Positions 39,591 to 51,179 of a stretch of DNA of 64,000 nucleotides are shown here, in pieces. The DNA comes from Camelus dromedarius (taxonomy: Eukaryota). The notes below the pieces were generated by a model that was not told where the DNA came from, did no database searches, and was given only the letters and a program-made list of their open reading frames with translations. Made by a program: the position numbers and the translations under genes. Where the stretch lies: the NCBI RefSeq assembly GCF_036321535.1, contig NC_087436.1, positions 32,676,001-32,740,000 on the forward strand, in the 5' to 3' direction. The first letter of the stretch is position 1, and every line of letters starts with the position of its first letter.

Positions 39591-40769
39591 AGTTACTTTT
39601 AATCAAATGTATGAAGTGAGTGAAATTTTGGGATTAATAAAAGCTAATACGTGCGTTTGAGGTCCTATTTGGGTGATACTGCCAATCACTGGCTAGGGAA
39701 TCGAGAAAGTAGAGCCATTTTGGGAATGAAATATCTAAAACATCCACAATGGAGATATCTGGTAAGCAGGTAGATATATAGGACTGGTGTCAGATGAAGG
39801 AAACAGTGACTGGGGGTCATCAACTTCTGAGAGAGCCCAGGGAGAGGCTGTATTGTGGGAGAAGAGAGGAACTAGATAGATTACTGAGGAACACTGGCAT
39901 TTAAGAGATGAGCAGAACAACAGGAACCCACAAAGTATCTGAGGGGAAGCTGACAGGTAACAGGGGAAAGCACCCAGACTTATAAGCAAATGGAGGAGAG
40001 AGCTTCATTGAGGGATCATCGACGGTGTCAGGTTAATTTTCTCTTGTCATTAAACAAATTGAGTTTACAAAGGATATAATCACAGATGTTATTTGTCTAC
40101 CTTGCTTCATTACAGGTTTCTTGAATGCAAGGATATTATCTTAGTTGTACTTTCAACCCCAGAATTTTATCACAATATATGGCACACAGTGAAATTCAAA
40201 AGACAGATGTTAAATAAACATAACACATTTGCTCTGGTTAAGTGGTGGCCTCAAAATACATGGTAACGTGGGCATAAATAGCTGATTTCATTCTTTAAGA
40301 ACTTTCTGCTAAATTGTGGTTGGATTTCAAAGGCATCTGGAAAGTGGAGTATGTTTAGATACTTCTCATTGTATGATTTTTCAAATGGGCCAACACTAGT
40401 AAATATTTTCAGTGTTGGCATCCATGACTTTCTGTGTTTTATGCCACTAGTTTTTTTGCTTTATCTTGAAGACATTGCCAATTCTGTCTCTCTTATTCTG
40501 AGGAATAAAAAAGATATCTGATAAAAATAAGTAATTCATATTAAGGAATATTACCTTAAAATGTTAAAAACTCTCATTAATGCTTTCATCCAAAAATAAG
40601 ACTTAGTAGAGAACAGTGCTACTTATCAAGTAGGGTAGAAGCAGTGGTAGTGGAGATGGTAAGAATTTTGAGGGAGATGGAGAGGAAGGTCTTTTTTGTG
40701 TGTGTTCCTAATTATGCAGGAACAGTGCCACTTTCCATTCTTTCAGCTAGAGCTTGCCCTAAAAGGCAT

Positions 40770-40955
40770 GTGTGAAGAGAGCACTGGTTCTCAAAAAAGA
40801 ATACCTGGTTTAAATCCTTAGTCCTTATTTACTAGCTGGGTACCTTTGAATATATCTCAACCTTTCTGAGCTTTAATTTCCTCGTCTGTGAAAGGATCAT
40901 AGTAATTTCTCTACTTACCTCTTGGGCTATCCAGAGGATCAAATGAGATTGCTTA
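40770..40955 (+). mobile_element. MIR SINE
   Basis: TTTACTAGCTGGGTACCTTTG...TCTGAGCTTTAATTTCCTCGTCTGTGAAA...GAGGATCAAATGAGAT. Confidence 0.65.
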
Positions 40956-43900
40956 CATATAGCTAGATTGCACATTAAAGACTTATTTTTCTTTGCAGTA
41001 ACTACATGAAAGTGTCTGATATTGTTGCATTGTGTTTCCAGTCTTATGTTTCTACTATTTGGTTTCCTGTTTGAATACTCTAGAGTTGCAAAAAAGGTTA
41101 TGATACTATAATTGTAATATTATATAACATAAACAATATAATTAGAGATAGAAATACTATAGATAGGCAAATGTTTTAAGTCTCCTCCTCACTTTATGTC
41201 AGCCAATAGCCTAGGACACAAAAACAGTCTTCCCAGTTTGTTCTTCCTGGAGACACTCAAACTCTTTACAGAGCTGATTGGTGTCCATACTTCCCACACA
41301 GCTGTAGTTGAACCTGTGCAATTACCTCCAGATAATTGTCTTGGCTCCAGTCTATTGGATAACTGCCTATTTGGAAAACTTTGCCTTGAATAATTTCTCT
41401 TTGTCCAACTGTGGGATTCATAAATCCATGCTTGGGGGATGGGTTTCAGAAAATGATATTTGGCCATAGATAGTTACAATTTCAGGACCTTTTCAAAGGG
41501 TGATAATGACAGATTTTTACTGGACAGTGTAAATTTTCAAACTTTGAAGATATATCCTGGGATCTAGATCATTTATGCATCAATATAGAAAATACATTGT
41601 TTATCCATCAACTTGTTCTAAAATGTTAAGGTTATGAGTAAGACTGTTCCACAGCCCATAAAATGCTTGTGGAGTATAACTTAACTGGAAGGGAATATTA
41701 TTAAATTACATAAATATTATATATTTATATTTATAAATTATATAGATACTAAAATATGTAGGAGTTCTACTTTGGTATCAGCTGAGATATAAAATTAGAA
41801 AGAAAAAGACCCATTTGCTTCAAAGTATGTTTTCCTTATAATATTAAATGTTTAGAAAGGAATATACCAACAAGGATATGTTGTTTTCTTCTATCTTTTC
41901 CTCATTTCTGAATTTTATTTTATTGTATTTTTTGTTTGCTCATGGAAATCTGGCTGAATGGCCTCAGTAGTTACCTCATCTGTAAAATATGTGAGACACA
42001 GTTACGTTTTCCGAGACAATTACTATGTGCTAAATGTAGGTCAGGAACATTTACAAAGGAGGATGCAGCTGTATAGTATTCCAAGATAAAAAGAAACAAA
42101 GTCAGGACTCATCAGAGAGACTTAGAGATGTTTTCTGCGGGATTTCCAGTTTTCAACAAAATTGTTTTACCCTGAATAATGGTAGGATTAATCTTAACCA
42201 AAATGCAACTGGGCATATGGGAAGCAACTGTTCAAGTAAATTATATAATTTGTACATTACAACTTCGCTGCTGTCATACATTATAAATTCAATTCTATCC
42301 CAAACTGAGACCATCACATGATTGAGCCAAGTTTAATGTTGCTCAACCAACCTTTCTTATAGTTACATCCAGAAAAAAAATGAACTATCTTGTGTATTTT
42401 TTTTATCTAGCTTCTTGGAAATATGAATTTTGTTTAGACCTGTTAGTGGATATCACTTTTATCGTGATTTGGAAAATCAGTCAAGAAGACTTTCTAGAGT
42501 AGTCTATTGTGAACTCAAGAGCCTAATAGGAAAAGATAATTGGTTGTTTCTTTGAATTACTTTTTATTTTCTTCTAAATGAGATTCGTAGTATTAAAATT
42601 GATAGAGAATCTGTAAAATCTAAACATTATTACACGGACCTTTTTATTTTCTCACAATGGTATTGTACCATGAAAGAGCTGAGCTCATGGTCTCTCTGGA
42701 CTGGTGCTTGTGAGGCAGTGCAGAGCGTTCCCTGCTTTGTTGTGTTGGCAAAGGAAATTACACTAGTGCCTAGATTGTCAGAATGATGCAGCACCTCTGA
42801 GGAAAGGGATTACTGCCTTAGTAAAGATAGGTTGGGGTGAGTGATGCCAAGTGTTGAGTGGGATTATTGAATACCCTACAAACACAAAGCAAGAATTCTG
42901 TGCATTTTGGTTATGAGAAAACAAAAGCATTGATAAGAAAGTTAAAAAAATGCAAATGGAAGAATAATAATTATTTCCTGGGTTAGTTCATGAAGGAAAT
43001 GGATGAAGTCTAAAAGGAATGGAAAACTCCTTAAAAAATCCATAGAATTTACTGTTGGAGAAATGTTGTTAATTTAAATGAGGTAGGTAATACACTATTC
43101 ATGCTTTATAGTAAATAGAATAGCTGAGACATGACACTTATGATATGTCTGGCTCTTTATCAGTGATTTTGTTTCCTTTTACTTGGTTTGTGAGGATGTG
43201 TTATGAATGTACAATTTTATTTATCCTTTCTAAAATTCCAATGTTTGAAACATTCTAGTACTTCTCAGATTAAAATGATACCTTTTAAATATGGGACATG
43301 ATATTAAAATATAAACTATAAAAATTTTTTGTTCATTATATGAATGATGTCTAAAATAGTTGCCTTCTTTTTTTATGTGATTTATTTTTTCACAGTGTAT
43401 AATGATCCTTGTTTGGAATTGTCAGATTGTCCTTTTTGTAGCAGATTCACAAAGTAAACACATTAATACAGTCTGCTGGCCTTTACACGAGCCACTGCTC
43501 ATGTAATAGAAGGAAAATCTTACAGTTTCTTTACTGAATAACATTTTCTACAAATGTCAGCATTGGGCTATGCAAACAGCTTAATAAGTACTTGAGGAAC
43601 TCTGAAAATTATTTTTTGCTATAATTAATCAGTAATTGTTTTCCTATATCTTGTATAATTTATATTTAGAACTACGAGTCTTGTATAGGGAATTAAAGGG
43701 AAGCAACAAAGGAACAATTTAAAAGCATAAATTTCAGCAGTAAATAAGGGTAACTTTGTAATGCTTAGAAATTTAATAATAATAAAATTTGAAACTTACA
43801 AATGCTACTGTAGAATTTTCAGTGAGGTAAGTTTATGTATCTTACTTTTGGTGCCACTACTGACCATCATTTGTTAAGATATTGTTATAAACAAACTTGC

Positions 43901-44111
43901 AGTGAATAATTGATATATAATTTATCATTTGATAAATAATGGTTTATAGGTTGGCAGTGTAATGCATTGATTTGGTGAACTGTGAAGGTACTACAATGTG
44001 ATAGAGAATTGTCTGATGACTTTTGGAAGATTAATACCTCAGGAAGTAATTAGATAGGTATGCATAAAAGTCATCTAAGCATACTTAAAGACATTTTGAC
44101 ATCATATTTTA

Positions 44112-44303
44112 TTTTATTTTTAACATTTTTTATTGATTTATAATCATTTTACAATGTTGTGTCAAATTCCACTGTAGAGCACAATTTTTCAGTTATACAT
44201 GAACATATATATATATATATTCATTGTCACATTTTTTTCTCTGTGAGCTACCATAAGATCTTGTATATATTTCCCTGTGCTATACAGTATAATCTTGTTT
44301 ATC
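44112..44303 (-). mobile_element. 5'-truncated young L1 3' end
   Basis: Near-identical to the reverse complement of the 3' end of 24509-25187. Exact 17-bp TSD TTTGACATCATATTTTA at 44095-44111 and 44304-44320. Confidence 0.93.
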
Positions 44304-46635
44304 TTTGACATCATATTTTAAATTGGGGAGCTAGAACTAGATTTGTTAAATGCCGGTAATGTGGAAAACTAGATTATTTTGAATGCTTTTTTCTTATTTC
44401 ACAAAAACCCAGCATTCTGAAAACTGGTAATATATTCCTTAACTAAGCTGCATCTGTAGTCTGGACTTGTGGACTTCGTTCTCCATCTGTTAATTTCTTT
44501 GAACTGTCTCTTCCAGTTGTTTGTATGTTAAGACATAAACAAGAAAATAGTCTTGATATCTTTGAAAATCATTGCTTTCATTTCTCTATAATCTTCACAA
44601 TTTGTAGAAATATATTTCCAGATTGATTGTTTTAAAGGAGAAGGTAGGCAAATGTGAGTTATATATCTTTCTAACACAAAAAAGTCAGTAATAAAGAAGT
44701 TAATAATCTATTCTTATTAGAAAGACCAAGAAACTTGTGCAGAAAGAAAGTTAAACTTTAGTATTTTTTCTAACCAGTGAGCAAAGAAGAAAAATTTTTC
44801 CAGGAGTTTTTTTAACCTCCGTCAGTGCTGCATGGCAGTGTGGTACTTTGTTTTATATTTAGAAGTATGTGCTCTCTCCTAGTTTATGATGCAGCAACAA
44901 AAGTGTGTGAAAATCTACCACCAGTGGTAATGGTACTTTGGAGGAAACAAAGAATTTTTTTCCTAGTGGATAGCAGGAGGCAAAATGACCTCAAATAATG
45001 GTGTTACTCAAGGGAGACACATTCTTATTTCTAATTGAAGGGATTTTTCTTAGTTTCGAAGGATGAAAAGAGTAAACATTAAATAAAAGTTAATACATTT
45101 CATTATTTTATTAATTAAACTTTAGTTGAAAGCATTTTCCCTTTTAAACAATGTAGAGAAGAAATCACATGTGATTAGCACAAACGTAAGACAATTAAGG
45201 CCATAAATTAGAATTTCCAGAAGCTCTGATTGATTACTGAATGCAGGATTTATTTTGAAGACCTTTTGGTAACCTCAGCTGTAATGTTTGCTTCCACAGA
45301 AGGCTCAGTGAGTTGGGGAAGGAGTTCACATGGTCCCCTTAGGTCATAGCCGGCATTTAAAACTGATTTCCAACTTGGGGCTCACACTTTTGTTCCAAAC
45401 CTGAATCTTTTGGCATCAGAGCTCATGTTCTTATGGCCAATTTGGATTTTTAAGCAAAGAAGCTAATTTAAAAAGCCTCTTGGACAACAAATGACTTTTA
45501 AAAAATAACATTTTAATGATTTAAATGGAAACAAACCAGAAGAAGCTGGATTAAATTTCTCTTAAAGTATACATGTTTAGCGATTAAGAGGAAAAAGTGG
45601 CTGAAAAAATGCTGTCTGTTATTTTCCTTCAAAACCCCAAATAGTTGAACAATTGAGTAGCTCAAAATACTTGAATTGTGATATCTTTGTGGAAAATATT
45701 TCTGGCAATGAGTACTGTTAATAAAGGAATGAGAGATGATAAACTCTTTAACAATGAATTTTTTAATCTGTATAGTTTTTTAAAGTCTTGGTGATAAAAC
45801 TATTTTACTGAAGATTCTTGAAGAAGGTCAACCTGATTTAAGAATTTTAAGAAAGAATAAGTGTTTTTAGAAAAATTGTGAATTAAGGTTTTCCTAGATG
45901 GCACTTACTGTTTGTGTTTTCCAAAGCTTTTTAATACCAAACAATTTTGAAATGTCTGTATTTTCTTAGCCACTGTAGACTTTCTATATTAGTGGGAGAG
46001 GTTGAGAAGACTAGGCTTTTCAAAAATGTGAGCTTGATTTAGATGGTAAAAAGTTTTGTTACAGAGGGGAAAAGAAATGTAGATTAGTAGAAGATTTAAA
46101 TTAATAGGCAGAAGTGTGGGTTTGAGGAGGTTCAGTAAATAACACCCCTCTTTTCTTTTAATGTTTTGAGTGAACTGAGAAATGAAGTAGGGAAGATGGG
46201 AGATCAAAATGCCATCTTTATGTTTCATAAAGCTAATGTGGAAGACCAAAGTTTAGCTGTGGTAACAATGGGCTTCTTTTCAAAACAGAGCTAGGCAGCC
46301 TTCCCCAACCAGTTCCAAACAGCACAGGACTGGGCAGGCATTACCTGGCAGGGTCGGGGCTGCCCCATACGACCTTCAGTGTGGGGAGGTAGCATTAAAT
46401 GTTTGCTTTCTGCTGTCATTCTGTTTCCAAGAGAAAGGGAAGGGGAAATGAGTTGAACATGCCATTTTATTCTTCTTAACATTTTAATTCAGTAAGTCTG
46501 TGTGCCTCTCTTGGGGAGTGGGGAGAAAAGTTTTGGCAAGAGCCCAAGAATGTTACTTTAATGGGGTTTCTTTCACATTGGAAGGAAACATCAAGAGCAG
46601 GAAAATGTTTTTTCTGAGATTTTTGTCCTTTTAAC

Positions 46636-46790
46636 CCAGGAGTTCTAAACCAGGATGGTTATCGCCCCTTAGGGAAGTTTTGTTATAACAATGATCACAA
46701 AGTACTGATGGCATTTAGTGGTGGCGGGGGGTCAAGGATGCAAGATATCCTGCAATGCATAGAACATCCCATATAATGAAGAATTGTCCA
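46636..46790 (+). mobile_element. MER20-like hAT fragment
   Basis: CTGATGGCATTTAGTGG...AAGGATGCAAGATATCCTGCAATGCA...GAAGAATTGTCC. Confidence 0.5.
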
Positions 46791-48724
46791 AATAAAGCTC
46801 CCTAGAGATACCCTGAACTGGTCCTGTTGGGTTTTTTGCTCCATGGGGGTGAGGAAGAGAACAGCATTCCTGCTACCTCTTCCTGAGACTGCGCCCTCAG
46901 TGCAACTTGTTGCTTCTTTGTGGCTTCTCTTTGAGCTACTGATGGCAATATAGATTTTGCTCCTAGCAGGCTCTGAAATGGGTCAGAACCACACATTATT
47001 TAAATGGACTTCAGAACGCCTCTGTACACAAAACAGAAATATTACACCCTAGTCTAGTTCCCATAAAAAATGATCTGGAATATTGTCCGACATAGTTTAG
47101 AAATTCTTCAAGGTCTTAGAGTTTGTATTGATTCTGAATCAAATATATGATGAAACTTATTTTTAAAAAAGATTCTAAAGGGCTAACAGGCCATCTAACA
47201 TTATCCCATCACTGGTTCCTCACTCAGGTTGATCCTAAGTCCTGAGAACAGCTATCTCAGGCAAAATTCTGTTCCCTAAAGCCTCGTATTTAGTGTTTCT
47301 AAAGGTCCATGCCAGAAATTCAGTGGTGTCTTTATCAGCTAGGGGCCCTGGAGGAAATAGGCAGCACACCTCTCCTGGGATGACTTGAGGGGAATTTAAT
47401 ACAGTTGTCGGTGGTGAGAAGCAACAGAAAATAGTGTATACCCCGCGGTGGGTAACTGGGAGGCTGTTACCACTCCTAGACCTGGAGAGGGAAGGGAGAG
47501 ATTAATTGGAACCCTGAAAGGGAAAGGGTTGTGGGAGAAGACATCTTGACCAAGGCAAGGAGAGAGCCTAGGGAGCATGTTTCCCAACATCACTCTCTTC
47601 CTTTCCTCCAGTCTCCTGCTGTCACTTCCAAATGACTGAGTCAGTCAGAAGCCAGAGGGCACAGGAGCCCATTGGTGGAGGCACAGAGTGAAGATATCTG
47701 GGCATAGTAACTAAAGAATTGAACGAACAAAGAGAGAATCTTGTTTTACTTTCACCCGGATACCAGTGGAGCTGGACGTCTAGTATCCTTGACCATTGAG
47801 TTTAAACTTGACTGGGAGAAACTCCTTCTCAAGAGCTTAATTTTGACAGCATGGATTCCCTGTATCTGGAGGAGAGAAGTACCTGTGCACACCTTCTCAT
47901 CCTTAGGGAGTGCTGCAGAGACCTTTTTGCTTTCTTGCTAAGTTTAAAAATTGCAATGCTGGCAGCCCTAAATACCAAGTCCCACCTGAGGTATTTTTTT
48001 TTCAACTCAGCCAAAACCTGTTAATGCATTATCAAAGCATCTTAATTTCCAAATCCCCTTTGAGTTCCATGTTCTGACATCTTTAGGCTCTGCCTAGTGA
48101 CAGAGCTTCTAATGTGCCTGAAACGGGGCATTTTCAATCTTGCGCCAGTCTTATGCTGTGAAACCTACCTTTTACGGAGAGTCTACTGGTCAGGGCCATG
48201 TTGGTGTTGGTTGGATATCTAGTTGAGACATTTGTTTTTATAGTAATATTCTAACAGTGTAAAGCTAGACCCTCACTAGTGTTCTCAAACAGAACTCTTG
48301 TGGTTAAAAGCAGCAAATATTATTCTGCCTCCTAATTTCTAAGTTTTTATCCCACTCCAACATATTTAAGCCTTACCTGTGTAGTTCAGGATCAAGCTGC
48401 AACCCCTATTCTCTGCATCCCCACCATTGGTCTAAGGCCTCTTTGACCAAAGTCACTTAACCTTATGGTACTGGCTTGATGGATGGCCAGCCACTTAGTA
48501 TATAGACAAGGTGCCATGGACTGCAGTGGGAATCCATGCAGCAGCTCCTGAGGCCTCAGCTGATCTGCTTCTGTCACAACAGTCACAATAGTTAAAAACC
48601 AAATGTATAATGATAAAAACAAAAAACCTCAAGTTGGTAGCCAAATACATGCTACTATATGCTCCAAGTTTTAAATGCTCTGCCACTTACCAGAAAGCCC
48701 TGTTCTTACCGACAGCCTATCCGA

Positions 48725-49330
48725 TTTTTTATTTTTTAATTTTTTTTAATTAATAGGCTTCATTTAGAGCAGTTTAAGGTTTACAGAAAAATTGAGCACA
48801 AAATATAGAATTCTTGCATACTCTCACACCTTCCCTACCCTAACCCAGTTTCCCCTATTGTGAACATCTTGCATTAGTGTGGTACATTTGTAATAACTGA
48901 TGAACCAATATTGATACATTATTATTAACTAAAGTTCCATAGTTTACATTAAGGCTCACTCTTTGTGTTGTACATGGTATGGGTTTTCACAAATCTATAA
49001 TGGCTTGGATCTACCATTACAGTATTATACAGAGTAGTTTCACTGCCCTAAAAATCCCTTGTCCTTCACCTATTTATCCCTTCCTCTTTTACCCTGAAAC
49101 CTTGACAACCACTGGTCTTTTTATTGTCTCCAGTAGTAAAAAGCTTTGCCTTTTTCAGAGGGTCATGTAGTTGGAATCATACAGTATGTAGCCTTTTCAT
49201 TTTGGCTTTTTCTTTTTTCAACACCTTTCTTATGGTATGATTCCTATACAATAAACTACATAGGTTTCAGATATACAATTTGATGAAATTTGATAGATGT
49301 ATACACCAATGAAACCACCACCACAGTTGA
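48725..49330 (-). mobile_element. Old L1 (L1MC-like) 3' UTR
   Basis: GCAGTTTAAGGTTTACAGAAAAATTGAGC...TAGTGTGGTACATTTG...AGTTTCACTGCCCTAAAAATCC; a related family to 3703-4945. Confidence 0.75.
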
Positions 49331-49810
49331 CTTTTTCAGCTATTATTTTAGTCTGTAAGTTTCACCTCCTGATTGTTTCTCAAGTATATTCAACTTAATA
49401 CAACAAAGGAGATATCCTAGTTTGGTGATATAATATTAATTTTGTATTTTAAACATAATTTAGGAATGAATCTACCTCTTTATGGTTAGATGAAAATGAA
49501 ATATTTAGTCTCCTTCCTCCTCCCTACAGGACAGGGTCTTTTTGTTCATATTAGTATTAGAAGATCACTGTATATAAATCTAGTGCTGTGGTAGCACTAG
49601 AAGTCTTCACTACCATTCTATGAAGGTAATGTGTTTATTACATAGGGACTCTTCAGTTTTGGACAGTAGTAATGGTACCCACCCCACCCTTCTTCAAGAA
49701 CCTGAACACTAATAAAATGAACTAAATATCAGATCTTTCATAGATGAGTTGCTCATCTTGTTGGGGACTATGTTAGGATTCCCAGAAAAACAAAACCAAT
49801 ACAATATATA

Positions 49811-50039
49811 TAGTTGACCTTTGAACGATCTGGTTTTGAGCTGGGAGGGTCCACTTATGCTTGGGTTTTTTTTTTTTTCAGTAAATATGTGTTACAGTAC
49901 AACATGCTCTGCAGTTGATCGAACCTTGGATGTGAAACCTTGGATATGGAGGGCCAGTGGAAAAGTTACATGTTGATTTTTGATTGGGGGGAGGCAAGGG
50001 TTGGTGCCCCTAACCCCTACACTATTCAAAGGTCAACTC
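49811..50039. mobile_element. Tigger2-derived MITE nested in the MLT2 LTR
   Basis: Perfect 14-bp terminal inverted repeats AGTTGACCTTTGAA (49812-49825) and TTCAAAGGTCAACT (50025-50038), next to a TA run. Confidence 0.8.
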
Positions 50040-50040
50040 G

Positions 50041-50071
<31 letters not shown>

Positions 50072-50090
50072 GGTGGGTGGGTGGGTGTGT
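50041..50090 (+). repeat. Compound (GT)n-(GGGT)6 microsatellite
   Basis: Read directly from the sequence. Confidence 0.9.
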
Positions 50091-50828
50091 CTGTGAATGT
50101 GTAAAGGAATTGACTGATGTGACTGGAGGTTGACAAGTTCTAATATCTGTAGTTGGCAAACTGGAGACCCAGAAGAGCCAATGTCTACTTCCAGTCCAAT
50201 ATTGAAGGTGTGAGAACCAGGAGAGTCAATGTGTTCTAGTCTTGAGAGCCAGCAGGCTTGAAACCCAGGAAGACCTGGTTTCATTTTGAGTCTGAAGGCA
50301 GGAAAAACCCCTGATATTCCAGCTTAAGCAGTCATGCTGGAAGAACTTTGTTTTACTCAATGCTTTTTGTTCTATTTAGGCCTTCAATGGATTGGATGTG
50401 GCCCTCCTACACTAGGGAGGGCAGTCTGCTTTACTCAGTGTACTGATTCAAATGTTAATTTCATTCAGAAAACCCCTCAAAGACACACATAGAATAGTAT
50501 TTCACTAAATATTGGTCATCTCCGTGGCTCAGTCAAGTTGACACGTAAAATTAACCATCAGAGGCTAAAAGGAGCAAAGTACTGTCAGAGATAGTGAGAG
50601 AGAGACTAGTGGGCTCCTTTGTCCTTGCCCATAGACAACAGATGCTATCTAACATATTCACTGAATTGTGAGCTGCGTGAGAATGGGGTCATTTTAATCA
50701 TCTTTCCATTCTCTTGCCACCAAAAATGTGTTCTGTAGAGTATGTACCTTGATAAATCAACAAATAGATAAATAAATAAAAATAGCTCCTGCATTACAAC
50801 ATAAAAAGGTAATAGGGTTCTTTTTTTT

Positions 50829-50967
50829 AATTTGTGTTTATATTAAAATAATAGGAGCATTAAAAGGGCATCATATGAATTAACAAAGAGTATCAAATAG
50901 ATTTCATCACATGCGCAAGCGGACTCTTGTTAACATGAGACAACTTTCGTCTGTTGACTCAAAGTTC
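50829..50967 (-). other. Non-L1 3'-transduced sequence
   Basis: Non-L1 DNA between the L1 A-tract (T13 at 50968-50980) and a second T-tract adjoining the TSD (50821-50828). Confidence 0.8.
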
Positions 50968-51179
50968 TTTTTTTTTTTTTCTTTCTGTGAGTTATCATAA
51001 CATTTTGGGTATATTTCCTTGTGCTATACAGTGTAGTCTATTCTACAATTTTGAAATCCCAGTTTATCCCTTCCCACCCTCCACCCCCCTGGTAACCACA
51101 AGTCTGTATTCTCTGTCTGTGAGTCTATTTCTGTCCTTTATTTATGCTTTGTTTTTGTTTGTTTGTTTGTTTTTGTTTT

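Larger units (their letters stand above)
49769..50560 (-). mobile_element. MLT2 (ERVL) LTR
   Basis: Ends CAAGTTGACACGTAAAATTAACCATCA, the reverse complement of the MLT2 5' terminus. Internal microsatellite position is typical of MLT2. Confidence 0.8.

Noticed and set aside
50935..50967. Hammerhead-like string on the minus strand (CTTTGA-GTC-AACA-GAC-GAAA)
   Set aside because: It lacks the CUGANGA core (G5/A6 missing) and has no stem III with an NUH site. It is better explained as a simple hairpin AACTTT...AAAGTT.
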